A DNA stretch of 33,015 nt from an uncultured Atopobium sp. (GCA_916048235.1 CAJZGX010000001.1:1-33015); one strand, 5' to 3'; shown: positions 19,517 to 28,131, numbered from the stretch's first letter. The notes: generated by a model not told the origin, from the sequence alone. Program-made: numbers and translations.

Positions 19517-20653
19517 ATGATTAAGGACACCGATACCCTTAACAACTATCTTGCTGTTATCAAGGTTGTTGGCGTTGGTGGCGGCGGAACTAACGCTGTC
19601 AACCGCATGATTGAAGAAGGCATCCGTGGCGTTGAGTTCGTTGCTGTAAACACCGATGCACAGGCTCTTGCAATCTCCGATGCTGACATTAAGGTTCACA
19701 TCGGTACTGACATCACCAAGGGTCTTGGTGCTGGCGCTAACCCTGAGGTTGGTAAAGAGGCAGCAGAGGATAGCCGCGACGAGATCAAGGCTGCACTTGC
19801 TGGCGCTGATATGGTCTTCATTACTGCTGGTGAGGGTGGCGGTACTGGTACCGGCGCTGCTCCAGTTGTTGCTGATATTGCAAAGAATGACGTTGGCGCA
19901 CTGACCGTTGGCGTTGTTACTAAGCCATTCTCCTTCGAGGGCCGTCGTCGTTATGGTTCTGCAGCTGACGGTATCAAGACTCTTTCCGAGAATGTTGATA
20001 CTCTCATTGTTATTCCAAACGATCGTCTGCTTGATCTTTCTGAGAAGAAGACCACCATGCTTGAGGCATTCCGCATGGCTGACGATGTTCTATGCCAGGG
20101 CACCCAGGGTATTACCGACCTCATCACTGTTCCTGGCCTGATCAACCTCGACTTTGCAGACGTCTGCACCATCATGAAGGGCGCAGGTAGCGCAATGATG
20201 GGCATTGGTATTGCTGCTGGTGATAACCGCGCTGCTGATGCTGCAACTGAGGCAATTTCTAGCCGCCTGCTTGAGAGCTCCATCGAGGGTGCAACCCGCG
20301 TTCTTCTCTCTATTGCTGGTAACAAAGACCTTGGTATTCAGGAGATTAACGAGGCAGCTGACCTGGTTGCTAAGAACGTTGATCCTGATGCAAACATCAT
20401 CTTTGGTACTGTTGTTGATGAGTCCCTGGGCGATCAGGTTCGCGTAACCGTTATTGCAACTGGTTTCAACGACTCTAATGTTCAGCAGCAGCTTCCAACT
20501 CTGAACACCCAGAGTACCACCCGTCCAAGCCGTCCTGCTCAGCCACAGCCAACTCGTCCTGTGACTGCTCAGCCACAGCCTGCTCGCACCAACAACTCTT
20601 CTAATGAGAAAGAGTTTGATATTCCAGACTTCCTTAAGCGTAGCCGCATCTAA
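19517..20653 (+). CDS. ftsZ: Cell division protein FtsZ
   Basis: [14 protein letters not shown], tubulin signature [16 protein letters not shown] and C-terminal DIPDFL; SD AAGGAGG. Confidence 0.99.
   Translation: MIKDTDTLNNYLAVIKVVGVGGGGTNAVNRMIEEGIRGVEFVAVNTDAQALAISDADIKVHIGTDITKGLGAGANPEVGKEAAEDSRDEIKAALAGADMVFITAGEGGGTGTGAAPVVADIAKNDVGALTVGVVTKPFSFEGRRRYGSAADGIKTLSENVDTLIVIPNDRLLDLSEKKTTMLEAFRMADDVLCQGTQGITDLITVPGLINLDFADVCTIMKGAGSAMMGIGIAAGDNRAADAATEAISSRLLESSIEGATRVLLSIAGNKDLGIQEINEAADLVAKNVDPDANIIFGTVVDESLGDQVRVTVIATGFNDSNVQQQLPTLNTQSTTRPSRPAQPQPTRPVTAQPQPARTNNSSNEKEFDIPDFLKRSRI
20535..20580 (+). repeat. 16-bp direct repeat in the FtsZ linker (AQPQP x2)
   Basis: CTGCTCAGCCACAGCC at 20535-20550 and 20565-20580 (30-bp period). 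Confidence 0.85.
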
Positions 20654-20655
20654 AT

Positions 20656-21465
20656 ATGTGCGCGCTGAATAGACAGTGCTTACACGGCGTGACCCTGCTC
20701 ATGGATCCTGAGGTTCCATGCGGGGTCACGCTCGCATTTACCGAGCGTACTGGCGGTTTTTCAGAAGGGGAGTTTAGTTCCCTCAATCTGGGTAGTAGGT
20801 GTGGAGACAATCTGCAACAGGTGCAAAAGAATCGTAAGCTGGTCTTAGAGGCTCTTGGGGCGGAGAAGTTCTTCTCGCGACTCCTTATTCCTCATCAGGT
20901 GCACGGAAGCAACGTAGTTTGTCTGACTTCCAATACATCAGAGGCTTTTGAACTGGCTAAAGCTGAGGCAGAAGCTGGTGCAGATGCTATCGTGTGTACC
21001 GTTCAAAATACGCCTGTGATGTTGGCGTTTGCCGATTGTGTGCCCGTGATTCTTGTAGCTCCCGGCGGATTTGCGGTGGCGCATTCTGGCTGGAAAGGCA
21101 CAATTGCTCGCATTTCTGCGCGCGCAACAGAGGCACTTTGCCAGGCAACTGGCGCCAAGTCTTCTGAGGTCAAAGCCTATATTGGTCCACACATTGGCAG
21201 TGCTGACTACGAGGTTTCTCCAGAGCTTATCCAGATGTTCTCACAAGAGTTTGGTCCCGGTGTTGTAGACCGCGCATCTGGCGAGAGGTACTTAGATCTT
21301 GGATATGCTGTTAGAGCTGCACTGGTAGATGCTGGTGTACGCGCGTCTGCTATTGAAGAAGTTACTGACTCGACCGCCTCTACAACAGAGCGGTTCTTCT
21401 CGTACCGAGCAGAGCATGGCAAGTGCGGAAGACACGCGGCCGTTGCTTACATGGCGTCAAAGTAG
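20656..21465 (+). CDS. pgeF: Peptidoglycan editing factor PgeF (YfiH/YlmD family)
   Basis: FTERTGG, SLNLG, HQVHG, ADAI, ADCVPV, AHSGWKG, IGPHIG and FFSYR. Canonical position after ftsZ. Confidence 0.9.
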   Translation: MCALNRQCLHGVTLLMDPEVPCGVTLAFTERTGGFSEGEFSSLNLGSRCGDNLQQVQKNRKLVLEALGAEKFFSRLLIPHQVHGSNVVCLTSNTSEAFELAKAEAEAGADAIVCTVQNTPVMLAFADCVPVILVAPGGFAVAHSGWKGTIARISARATEALCQATGAKSSEVKAYIGPHIGSADYEVSPELIQMFSQEFGPGVVDRASGERYLDLGYAVRAALVDAGVRASAIEEVTDSTASTTERFFSYRAEHGKCGRHAAVAYMASK

Positions 21466-21535
21466 GGTAGAAGACGTTTAGCGCTATCGGAGAAGGCGTT
21501 TAGGTCTACAAAAAAGTCGTTAAACGTTACGTAAG

Positions 21536-22303
21536 ATGTTGATGTATTCACCGCAAGAGATGATGGCTATGACGTACGATTCAGACGAATATCTTGAGTT
21601 TATAAAGGCTCGTAGAGCTCAGATTGAGTCGCTTGTGGCGGATGCTGCAAAAAAGTCCGGCAGAAGCGCTTCTGAGATTGAAATTGTGGCTGTCTCCAAA
21701 ACCGTTCCTGTTGACGCTGTCCTTGCAGCTTATAAGGCGGGCTATAGGGCTTTTGGCGAGAATCGCCCACAAGAGCTGACACATAAACTGACGTGTTTAT
21801 CTGAAACTCCTTTTGCGTCTGAGATATCTTTTGACATGATTGGTAATCTTCAGAAGAACAAGATTAACCAGGTAGTTGGTAAGGTTCGCTACATTCATTC
21901 AATTTCTTCCGAACATCTTGCAGAGGCGGTTTCAAAGCGTGCTGAGGTGAAGGGTACTGAGGAGTCTGTTCTACTTGAGGTAAACGTCTCCGCAGAAGCC
22001 TCAAAATCGGGTTTCTCGCCAGAAGAAGTGTCAGAGTCTATTCAAAAGATTGTTGAGCTTCCGCACATTTCTGTTGTGGGACTTATGACTATGGCTCCAA
22101 AGGATAATCCAGAGCGCGCCAAGAGAACATTCTCAGGACTTCGAGAATTGCGTGATTGCTTGAGCCAACAAGTTGGTTTGAAGTTAGATGTTCTTTCTTG
22201 TGGCATGAGTGATGACTTTACGTATGCCATTGAAGAGGGCTCTACGACTATTCGCCTGGGTCGAGTATTGTTTGACCCAGCCTATATGTTGAGTGGGCAC
22301 TAA
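21536..22303 (+). CDS. yggS: PLP homeostasis protein, YggS/YlmE family (start uncertain, may be 21560-21569)
   Basis: VAVSKT (PLP-binding Lys), FGENRPQE, IGNLQKNK, GLMTMAP and GMSDDF..AIEEGST.IRLG. Confidence 0.93.
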   Translation: MLMYSPQEMMAMTYDSDEYLEFIKARRAQIESLVADAAKKSGRSASEIEIVAVSKTVPVDAVLAAYKAGYRAFGENRPQELTHKLTCLSETPFASEISFDMIGNLQKNKINQVVGKVRYIHSISSEHLAEAVSKRAEVKGTEESVLLEVNVSAEASKSGFSPEEVSESIQKIVELPHISVVGLMTMAPKDNPERAKRTFSGLRELRDCLSQQVGLKLDVLSCGMSDDFTYAIEEGSTTIRLGRVLFDPAYMLSGH

Positions 22304-22361
22304 AATAGTTGCAAGTTTTTGATACAGTAGTAAGAAGTTACGTGCGTTACAGAAAGGCACA

Positions 22362-23045
22362 ATGATGAGCATTCTTGATACGCTAAGAGCAAAGCTTCGT
22401 GGTGGTCAGGACGATGAGTACTACGACGATGAGTATTACGGCGATGAGGGCTATGACGAGGTAGATGAAGCTTCTCCACGTTCGTACGATGACCGTGCAC
22501 AGCAAGGCTCTTCCAACAGGCTACTGGGCAATCCATCCAGACCAGAGGCAGAGAGCGTTTCTGTTTATACGCGCTCTGGCAAGCCAATCAGCACAAATCC
22601 AGCTGCTTCTTATAATCCTCAGCAGGATATGCGCTCGCGTGCTTCTGCGTATGCATCTCGTCAGGAGCCTTCCGGTTACACTCCTTCTTATGAGCACACC
22701 GTGAGTCCAAATTTGCCAACTCCTGGTGATATTGGTCTTCGTCCTGTGAGCCGTACAAGCTATTCTGGACAGCTGCCACCATACGTTCTTCGTCCTGTTT
22801 CTTATGACGATGTTCAGTCGGTAGTTCGCCGTGTTCGTACTGGTCAGCCGGTTGTCCTTATCTTTAAGAACACCAACATTGAGGTTGCTAAGAGAATTTT
22901 GGACTTCAGCTTTGGTCTTTCTTATGGCCTTGATGGTGCTGTTGAAGAAGTTGCTGACCGCGTTTTTGCTGTACTTCCTCATGGCATTTCTTTATCTCAG
23001 TCTGATCTGGATAAGCTTGCTGATGAGGGCGAGATTACCAGGTAA
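22362..23045 (+). CDS. sepF: Cell division protein SepF
   Basis: N-terminal amphipathic helix (SILDTLRAKL), acidic linker and C-terminal core PVSYDD..PVVL..AKRILDFSFGLSYGLDG. Confidence 0.92.
   Translation: MMSILDTLRAKLRGGQDDEYYDDEYYGDEGYDEVDEASPRSYDDRAQQGSSNRLLGNPSRPEAESVSVYTRSGKPISTNPAASYNPQQDMRSRASAYASRQEPSGYTPSYEHTVSPNLPTPGDIGLRPVSRTSYSGQLPPYVLRPVSYDDVQSVVRRVRTGQPVVLIFKNTNIEVAKRILDFSFGLSYGLDGAVEEVADRVFAVLPHGISLSQSDLDKLADEGEITR
22410..22454 (+). repeat. Degenerate 15-bp tandem repeat encoding DDEYY/DDEYY/GDEGY
   Basis: GACGATGAGTACTAC, GACGATGAGTATTAC, GGCGATGAGGGCTAT. Confidence 0.75.
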
Positions 23046-23057
23046 CTGGAGGTTTTT

Positions 23058-23336
23058 GTGTTTTCGTATTATGTTCTTAATGCTTTATACACTTTGCTGA
23101 GGATTTACAGCTTCTGCATTGTGGTATGGTGCCTGTCCTCTTGGATTACTGTTTCTAACGACAAGTTCAATCACGTCCTTGAGGGAATTGGCAAAATTGT
23201 TGAGCCATACCTCAGTGTGTTTAGGAATGTAATTCCTCCAATTTCTGGCGTTGATCTCTCACCGATTGTTGCACTTTTTGTGCTTAATCTTGTGGGACGT
23301 TTTGCCATTTCGACGCTGGGCTTTATACTAATATAG
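23058..23336 (+). CDS. yggT: YggT/YlmG family membrane protein
   Basis: LSSW, VEPYL..FR.VIP and GVDLSPIVA; SD GGAGG before GTG. Between sepF and divIVA. Confidence 0.92.
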   Translation: MFSYYVLNALYTLLRIYSFCIVVWCLSSWITVSNDKFNHVLEGIGKIVEPYLSVFRNVIPPISGVDLSPIVALFVLNLVGRFAISTLGFILI

Positions 23337-23415
23337 GAAACTAGTTTGTCTTTAATTACAAACTGAGTAGTTATGATGTGTGGTACGTCTACTCGCAGAC
23401 TGAAAGGGAACAAAG

Positions 23416-24051
23416 ATGGCAATCACACCAGCAGACATCGAGCAGCAGACATTCTCTCCTGCTGAGACCGGCTACAATCCAGAGGAAGTTGACGCATTTC
23501 TTGAGCAGCTCTCTTCTGAGGTTGATGCAATGCTTCAAAAGATCGCTGACCTCAAGGGCCGTCTGACCAGCACTGAGCAGCAGCTTGCTGCAGCACAGGC
23601 TCAGGTTGCAAACCTTGAGGAGAACGCAAGCGTTCCTTCTGTTGAGGAGACAAACGCAGCTGCTATCGCTGCATCCGAGCACCAGATTTCTCAGGTCCTC
23701 ATTGTTGCTCAGCAGAGCGCAGATAAGCTTGTTGCAGACGCTCGTGCAAACGCAGAGCGTATTCGTAACGAGGCAGACCAGAAGGCTCGTGAGGTTATCC
23801 GTCAGGCTCTTGCAGAGAAGCAGACTGAGCTTGATGAGATTGATCGCCTCAAGCAGTCCCGTGAGGACTTCCGCGCTGAGTACCGTAAGCTTCTCCAGCA
23901 CTTCCTGGATGACGCGGACTCTGTCTTCCCAGAGACTGTTCTTACCAACAATGCTCCAACTGGTTCCCAGAATGCTGCTCAGCCTGCAGCTCAGCAGACT
24001 CAGATTTCTGCACCTGCACCTGCAGCTGGTGACTTCAACGACCTTGACTAA
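23416..24051 (+). CDS. divIVA: DivIVA (Wag31-like) protein
   Basis: ITPADI..QTF...GYNPEEVDAFLE N-terminal domain, coiled coils, LIVAQQSADKLV. Confidence 0.92.
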   Translation: MAITPADIEQQTFSPAETGYNPEEVDAFLEQLSSEVDAMLQKIADLKGRLTSTEQQLAAAQAQVANLEENASVPSVEETNAAAIAASEHQISQVLIVAQQSADKLVADARANAERIRNEADQKAREVIRQALAEKQTELDEIDRLKQSREDFRAEYRKLLQHFLDDADSVFPETVLTNNAPTGSQNAAQPAAQQTQISAPAPAAGDFNDLD

Positions 24052-24078
24052 GTCTTAGGTCATTACCTTTGTACTGAT

Positions 24079-24107
24079 AAGCGCTCAGCTCTGCTGGGCG
24101 CTTTTTT
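24079..24107 (+). terminator. Intrinsic terminator at the end of the dcw cluster
   Basis: AAGCGCTCAGC-TCT-GCTGGGCGCTT followed by TTTT. Lies between the convergent divIVA and DUF4130 genes. Confidence 0.85.
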
Positions 24108-24133
24108 GTTATCAGCCGTCTTAAACGGCAGCT

Positions 24134-25186
24134 TTATAACCCAGAAGTAAGCTCTTTGCAGAATGTTTGCTTTTGTTCTATATGATGCACATCCTTTCTG
24201 TTTTCTCGCCCCTGATAGCGAGCAGGTACGCCTTGGCTACGCGCAGCTTCTGCATTTGTACTTGCAGTGAGTTCAGGAAGCCCTTGCCATACGCGTTTTG
24301 GCATCCAATGGGCGCGCAAGTCATATCCTCTTTCTGCAGGTCCACGACCTTCTAGACCAACTCCCTCATAGAAGCGCCTCCACATGGCTTGCACGTATTT
24401 CTCATCAGTTGCAAGGTCTGTTCTAGAGAGCAGTTCTTCCAAAGAGGCATCGTCCAGCTGAATTGTTCCAAAGGTCTTCATTTCTGGTGAATAAAAACTG
24501 ACTATATGATGAGCTGGATCAACAATAAAAAACCGCTCTGTAATCATCCGTTTGACAAAGTAATTGCAAGTTAGTGGCACTACGTTTGCATTAGGTTGAA
24601 ATACAGACATAAAAGAGCCATCTGACATGCGAGAAAACCGCACAAATTGCCGCGTATGCTCTCGTTCAGTTTCTACCTGCCTAGCCAGTGCATTAAACTC
24701 TGCCACGGTTGGGTCTGCAATATCTTCAAGGGCTCCTACACCATAGGAGAATGCAAGACGAATGTATCGATGCACAATCTCCGGCATAGTATGAGCATCT
24801 GAAGCACATGCCAAAACAATGCGATGCGTTATTTCTCTTGTGCCTACTTTCTTTTCTAGTCCAGTTAGAACTCGTTTAGCCAAGGCTACTACTGAGTCAT
24901 CAGAAGGGTCTGGTCCACAGAGAACATGCTCCCCAAGGCTAGGCTGACAAAAGTTTTCTCTAACAAGACGTACGTGTGCCGGGTTAGCATGTGAGAGATA
25001 AGTGAGCCCTACAGCCCCTACAACGCCTTCTAAGCTTGGATTACAGGAGATAACAACCTTCTGGGGCTTGGAGAGTCTTGTAAGCCTCTGAACAAGCGAG
25101 ACAAGCTCTACGCTCTGATCAGAAGAGCCTGAGTTGAGAGGACTCAATACGGCGTCTTGTTTTGTTGTACGAACTTGCTTTGGCAT
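24134..25186 (-). CDS. TIGR03915-type putative DNA repair/metabolism protein (DUF4130)
   Basis: SLEG N-terminal motif, VETEREHTRQFVRF, P.ANVVPL...F.KR and MWRRFY...MPKRVWQGLPE. Directly downstream of the radical SAM partner. Start placed at ATG 25186 (AGAGGG 9 nt upstream). Confidence 0.85.
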   Translation of the reverse strand: MPKQVRTTKQDAVLSPLNSGSSDQSVELVSLVQRLTRLSKPQKVVISCNPSLEGVVGAVGLTYLSHANPAHVRLVRENFCQPSLGEHVLCGPDPSDDSVVALAKRVLTGLEKKVGTREITHRIVLACASDAHTMPEIVHRYIRLAFSYGVGALEDIADPTVAEFNALARQVETEREHTRQFVRFSRMSDGSFMSVFQPNANVVPLTCNYFVKRMITERFFIVDPAHHIVSFYSPEMKTFGTIQLDDASLEELLSRTDLATDEKYVQAMWRRFYEGVGLEGRGPAERGYDLRAHWMPKRVWQGLPELTASTNAEAARSQGVPARYQGRENRKDVHHIEQKQTFCKELTSGL

Positions 25187-26528
25187 CAGCAATTACCCTC
25201 TGTTTAATCAGTTCTTGGTCAAGTGGAGCTGAGGCATCCCTTACGCCACAGCAGGTGAGAAAGTGATGAGATCGTTTGAGCTGTATTCCCAGCCGTTTAA
25301 GATCATCAAAGGTGAGGCGAGACCGTCTTCTTGCAGCAATAATTCTTCGTGCGCCGGTAGGGCCAATACCGGGCACTCGTAAAAGTATTTCTAGTGGTGC
25401 ATCCATAATCTCTACAGGAAATTGATTAAGATGTGCCAGCGCCCATCCAAGCTTTGGATCAATTTCTAAATCAAGCCAAGGTGCTTCTGGAGAAACAAGC
25501 TCATCAGGAGAAAACGCATAGTAGCGCATAAGCCAATCAGCCTGGTAAAGACGATGTTCTCTACGCAGGGGAACAGGAGTGTCCAACTCTGGAAGACGAT
25601 GGTCTTCTATAACAGGAATATAGGCAGAGAAGAATACTCGTTTCAATTCAAATTGTTGATAAAGCGCTTGCGATAAGTGCAATATTTGATTGTCTGATTC
25701 TGGAGAAGCTCCAATGATAATTTGCGTTGATTGTCCAGCAGGCGAGAAGGACCTCTTGCCTGAAGACACCCTTGATGAGCGCATAAAGGTATTCTTCAAG
25801 CAGTTTGAACGAAGAGTTAAACCTTCTTTTATGATCTGCTTCTGAGTAGGAATAACAATATCCTTAGATTTGCCAGCAGACTTCACAATGCCCTTTGATG
25901 CATTTTTAGCTTCAAGCAATTGCCTTTCTTCAGAGACGCGCAGGCGGTGAATGAAAGACATGGGTTTAGTAACCGTTTCAGCATTTTTGTGAGGGCAAAG
26001 TTTAGTAAGTGAGGTTGAGCTAGGTAATTCCAGATTGACGGAGAGTCTATCTGCTAAGCGGCCAATAGCATCAATAAGATCTGGATCTGTTCCGGGAATT
26101 ACTTTTGCATGAATATAGCCGTTAAACAGCAACTCATTCCTAAGGTAGGAGAGGCATTCAATCATGAGCTCTGTGGTGTGGTCTGGCGATCCTATAACAC
26201 CTGAGGAAAGAAAGAGCCCCTCTATGTAATTTCTTTTATAGAAATCTACGGTAAGCTCTGCTAATTCCTGTGGTGTAAAGGTGGCGCGCTTGGTCTGTGC
26301 GGACGACCTATTGACGCAGTAAGCGCAGTCATAGCAACAAGCATTAGAAAGCAAAACTTTTAGCAGCGTAATGCAGCGACCATCAGGGGTAAATGAGTGG
26401 CAACAGCCGGCAGCTGAGGCCATTCCTACCTTTCCTGCCTGCGGATCTCTATCTACACCAGAAGAGGTGCACGCCGCGTCAAATTTGGCTGCATCTGCAA
26501 GTATGGTGAGTTTATCAAGAGTATCCAT
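25119..26528 (-). CDS. TIGR03916-type putative DNA modification/repair radical SAM protein
   Basis: KLTILADAAKFDAAC, CHSFTPDGRC, CxxxCxxC (C64, C68, C71), YIEGLFLSSG, PAGQSTQ, REHRLYQADWL and HhH motif LLRVPGIG. Confidence 0.93.
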   Translation of the reverse strand: MDTLDKLTILADAAKFDAACTSSGVDRDPQAGKVGMASAAGCCHSFTPDGRCITLLKVLLSNACCYDCAYCVNRSSAQTKRATFTPQELAELTVDFYKRNYIEGLFLSSGVIGSPDHTTELMIECLSYLRNELLFNGYIHAKVIPGTDPDLIDAIGRLADRLSVNLELPSSTSLTKLCPHKNAETVTKPMSFIHRLRVSEERQLLEAKNASKGIVKSAGKSKDIVIPTQKQIIKEGLTLRSNCLKNTFMRSSRVSSGKRSFSPAGQSTQIIIGASPESDNQILHLSQALYQQFELKRVFFSAYIPVIEDHRLPELDTPVPLRREHRLYQADWLMRYYAFSPDELVSPEAPWLDLEIDPKLGWALAHLNQFPVEIMDAPLEILLRVPGIGPTGARRIIAARRRSRLTFDDLKRLGIQLKRSHHFLTCCGVRDASAPLDQELIKQRVIADAKASSYNKTRRRIESSQLRLF

Positions 26529-26552
26529 GGTGGCAACTTTCTACTTGAAAAT

Positions 26553-26566
26553 AGAACGTCTGTTCG
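26553..26566. promoter_or_regulatory. LexA (SOS) box 1
   Basis: AGAAC-GTCT-GTTCG is a perfect GAAC-N4-GTTC, 24 nt upstream of the radical SAM start. Confidence 0.8.
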
Positions 26567-26573
26567 TATACTT

Positions 26574-26601
26574 AGACTATCACGAATGGGGAAGAAGTAA
26601 A
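26574..26601 (-). promoter_or_regulatory. Putative promoter of the radical SAM operon
   Basis: Minus strand reads TTTACT-N16-TAGTCT with an extended TGn before the -10, located between the two LexA boxes. Confidence 0.4.
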
Positions 26602-26610
26602 GAAAAATCT

Positions 26611-26624
26611 AGAACAAATGTTTG
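26611..26624. promoter_or_regulatory. LexA (SOS) box 2 (one mismatch)
   Basis: AGAAC-AAAT-GTTTG (GAAC-N4-GTTT). Confidence 0.6.
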
Positions 26625-26706
26625 TCTTTTTAAAACCGCAGAAAGGATGTGAATGACGTGTGAAGGATGTATACTTTTTCCATCAGCAACTGCGGAAGGA
26701 ATGGCC

Positions 26707-28131
26707 ATGAGCATACAGAAAAACAGCTCTTCACCATGCCTTTCTCGCCCTGTGAATTTACAGATTCCCACGTATGCCTTGCGTGCATTAGAAGTTCTTG
26801 AAGATGCCGGATTTGAGGCGTGGATTGTAGGTGGCTGGGTACGAGACGCTCTACGCGGCTCATTTGCCCATGACATTGACATAACAACATCGGCAACGTG
26901 GCAGCAGAGCAAAGCGGCTTTTGAGGCTGCAGACATTCCTGTGCACGAAACAGGTATTGCATATGGAACCGTTACTGCTGTTGTCGAGAAGCACCCTATT
27001 GAGGTCACAACGTATCGCTGTGACGGAGAATATCTAGACGGTCGACGTCCTGATTCTGTGCAGTTTGTCTCTCGTATAGAGGAAGATCTTGCTCGTAGAG
27101 ACTTCACTATTAATGCAATGGCATATCACCCAAAGAGGGGATTGCTTGATCTTTATGGCGGTCAAGAAGATTTATCTGCACGTGTAATTCGCGCTGTTGG
27201 GGAGCCTAAGGTTCGCTTTACAGAGGACGCTCTTCGCATGCTTCGAGCATTGCGGTTTGCATGCAGACTCTCGTTTTCAATTGAGGAGAAGACACATCAG
27301 GCACTTACTGAGTGTGCGCCGCTACTCTCTCAGGTTGCGTCTGAGCGCATTGGCTCGGAAGTGGCTCAAATTGTTGAGGCTGGCCATAGTGCCCATGCTA
27401 TTAAGCTAGGATTTCCTGTTCTAGCGGTAGCAATTCCGGAGCTCTTACCGCTACAGAACTTTGATCAAAGAAGTCCGTATCATGCTTATGACGTGCTGGA
27501 ACATACTGCTCGGGTATGTTCTGCAACAGAAGCCTTTACTGCAGGTGCTGCAACACCTGCGCTTAGGTGGGCGGCGCTTCTACATGATATTGCAAAGCCA
27601 GAAATGTTTAGCGTTGATGCAGATGGTAGAGGTCATTTTTACGGTCATCCAGAAAAAGGTGCAATCGTGGCAAAAGCCTTGCTTAAACGCTTGGCTTTAT
27701 CGCAGCATTTGAGTAATGAAGTTTGCGCTCTTGTGGCATTGCATGACTATGATGTGGACGTTACAACCTCGTCACTTAGGCATATGGTTGCCCTGTTAGC
27801 CGAGGCGAGTAAATCGGACGGCATTGCTCTTGCGTATGACCTTTTGACGTTAAAGCAGGCTGATGCCTTGGCAAAGGCAAATCCGTATCGCAGCTATGCG
27901 GTAACGCTTGAGGCTATGAGGACCCTTCTCTTACATGAGGCAAAACGGGGAATTGCTCAGCGTCCACAAGAGTTGTGCGTTTCGGGAGCAGAAATTATGG
28001 AAGTGCTCTCGCTTCAGCCAGGACCTGCTGTGGGCGTATGTCAACGTAAGCTCTTTGAGCTTTATTTAGCAGGTCAAGTGGAGAATAGAAAAGAAGATCT
28101 TCTCGCCATTCTTTCTAAGGGTAATTGGTAA
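26707..28131 (+). CDS. cca: CCA tRNA nucleotidyltransferase with HD domain (start uncertain: 26653 or 26707)
   Basis: VGGWVRD, HDIDIT, EVTTYR, DGRRP, EDLARRDFTINAMA, EDALRMLRALRF, ERI and LLHDIAKP. Confidence 0.87.
   Translation: MSIQKNSSSPCLSRPVNLQIPTYALRALEVLEDAGFEAWIVGGWVRDALRGSFAHDIDITTSATWQQSKAAFEAADIPVHETGIAYGTVTAVVEKHPIEVTTYRCDGEYLDGRRPDSVQFVSRIEEDLARRDFTINAMAYHPKRGLLDLYGGQEDLSARVIRAVGEPKVRFTEDALRMLRALRFACRLSFSIEEKTHQALTECAPLLSQVASERIGSEVAQIVEAGHSAHAIKLGFPVLAVAIPELLPLQNFDQRSPYHAYDVLEHTARVCSATEAFTAGAATPALRWAALLHDIAKPEMFSVDADGRGHFYGHPEKGAIVAKALLKRLALSQHLSNEVCALVALHDYDVDVTTSSLRHMVALLAEASKSDGIALAYDLLTLKQADALAKANPYRSYAVTLEAMRTLLLHEAKRGIAQRPQELCVSGAEIMEVLSLQPGPAVGVCQRKLFELYLAGQVENRKEDLLAILSKGNW

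Noticed and set aside
2419..23901. Numerous antisense and alternate-frame ORFs (e.g. 2419-3078, 5585-6355, 11114-11710, 23389-23901)
   Set aside because: They are shadows of well-conserved genes and have no recognisable motifs.
26641..26670. AAGGATGT direct repeat upstream of cca
   Set aside because: Only two 8-bp copies overlapping SD-like and promoter sequence; not enough to call a separate element.
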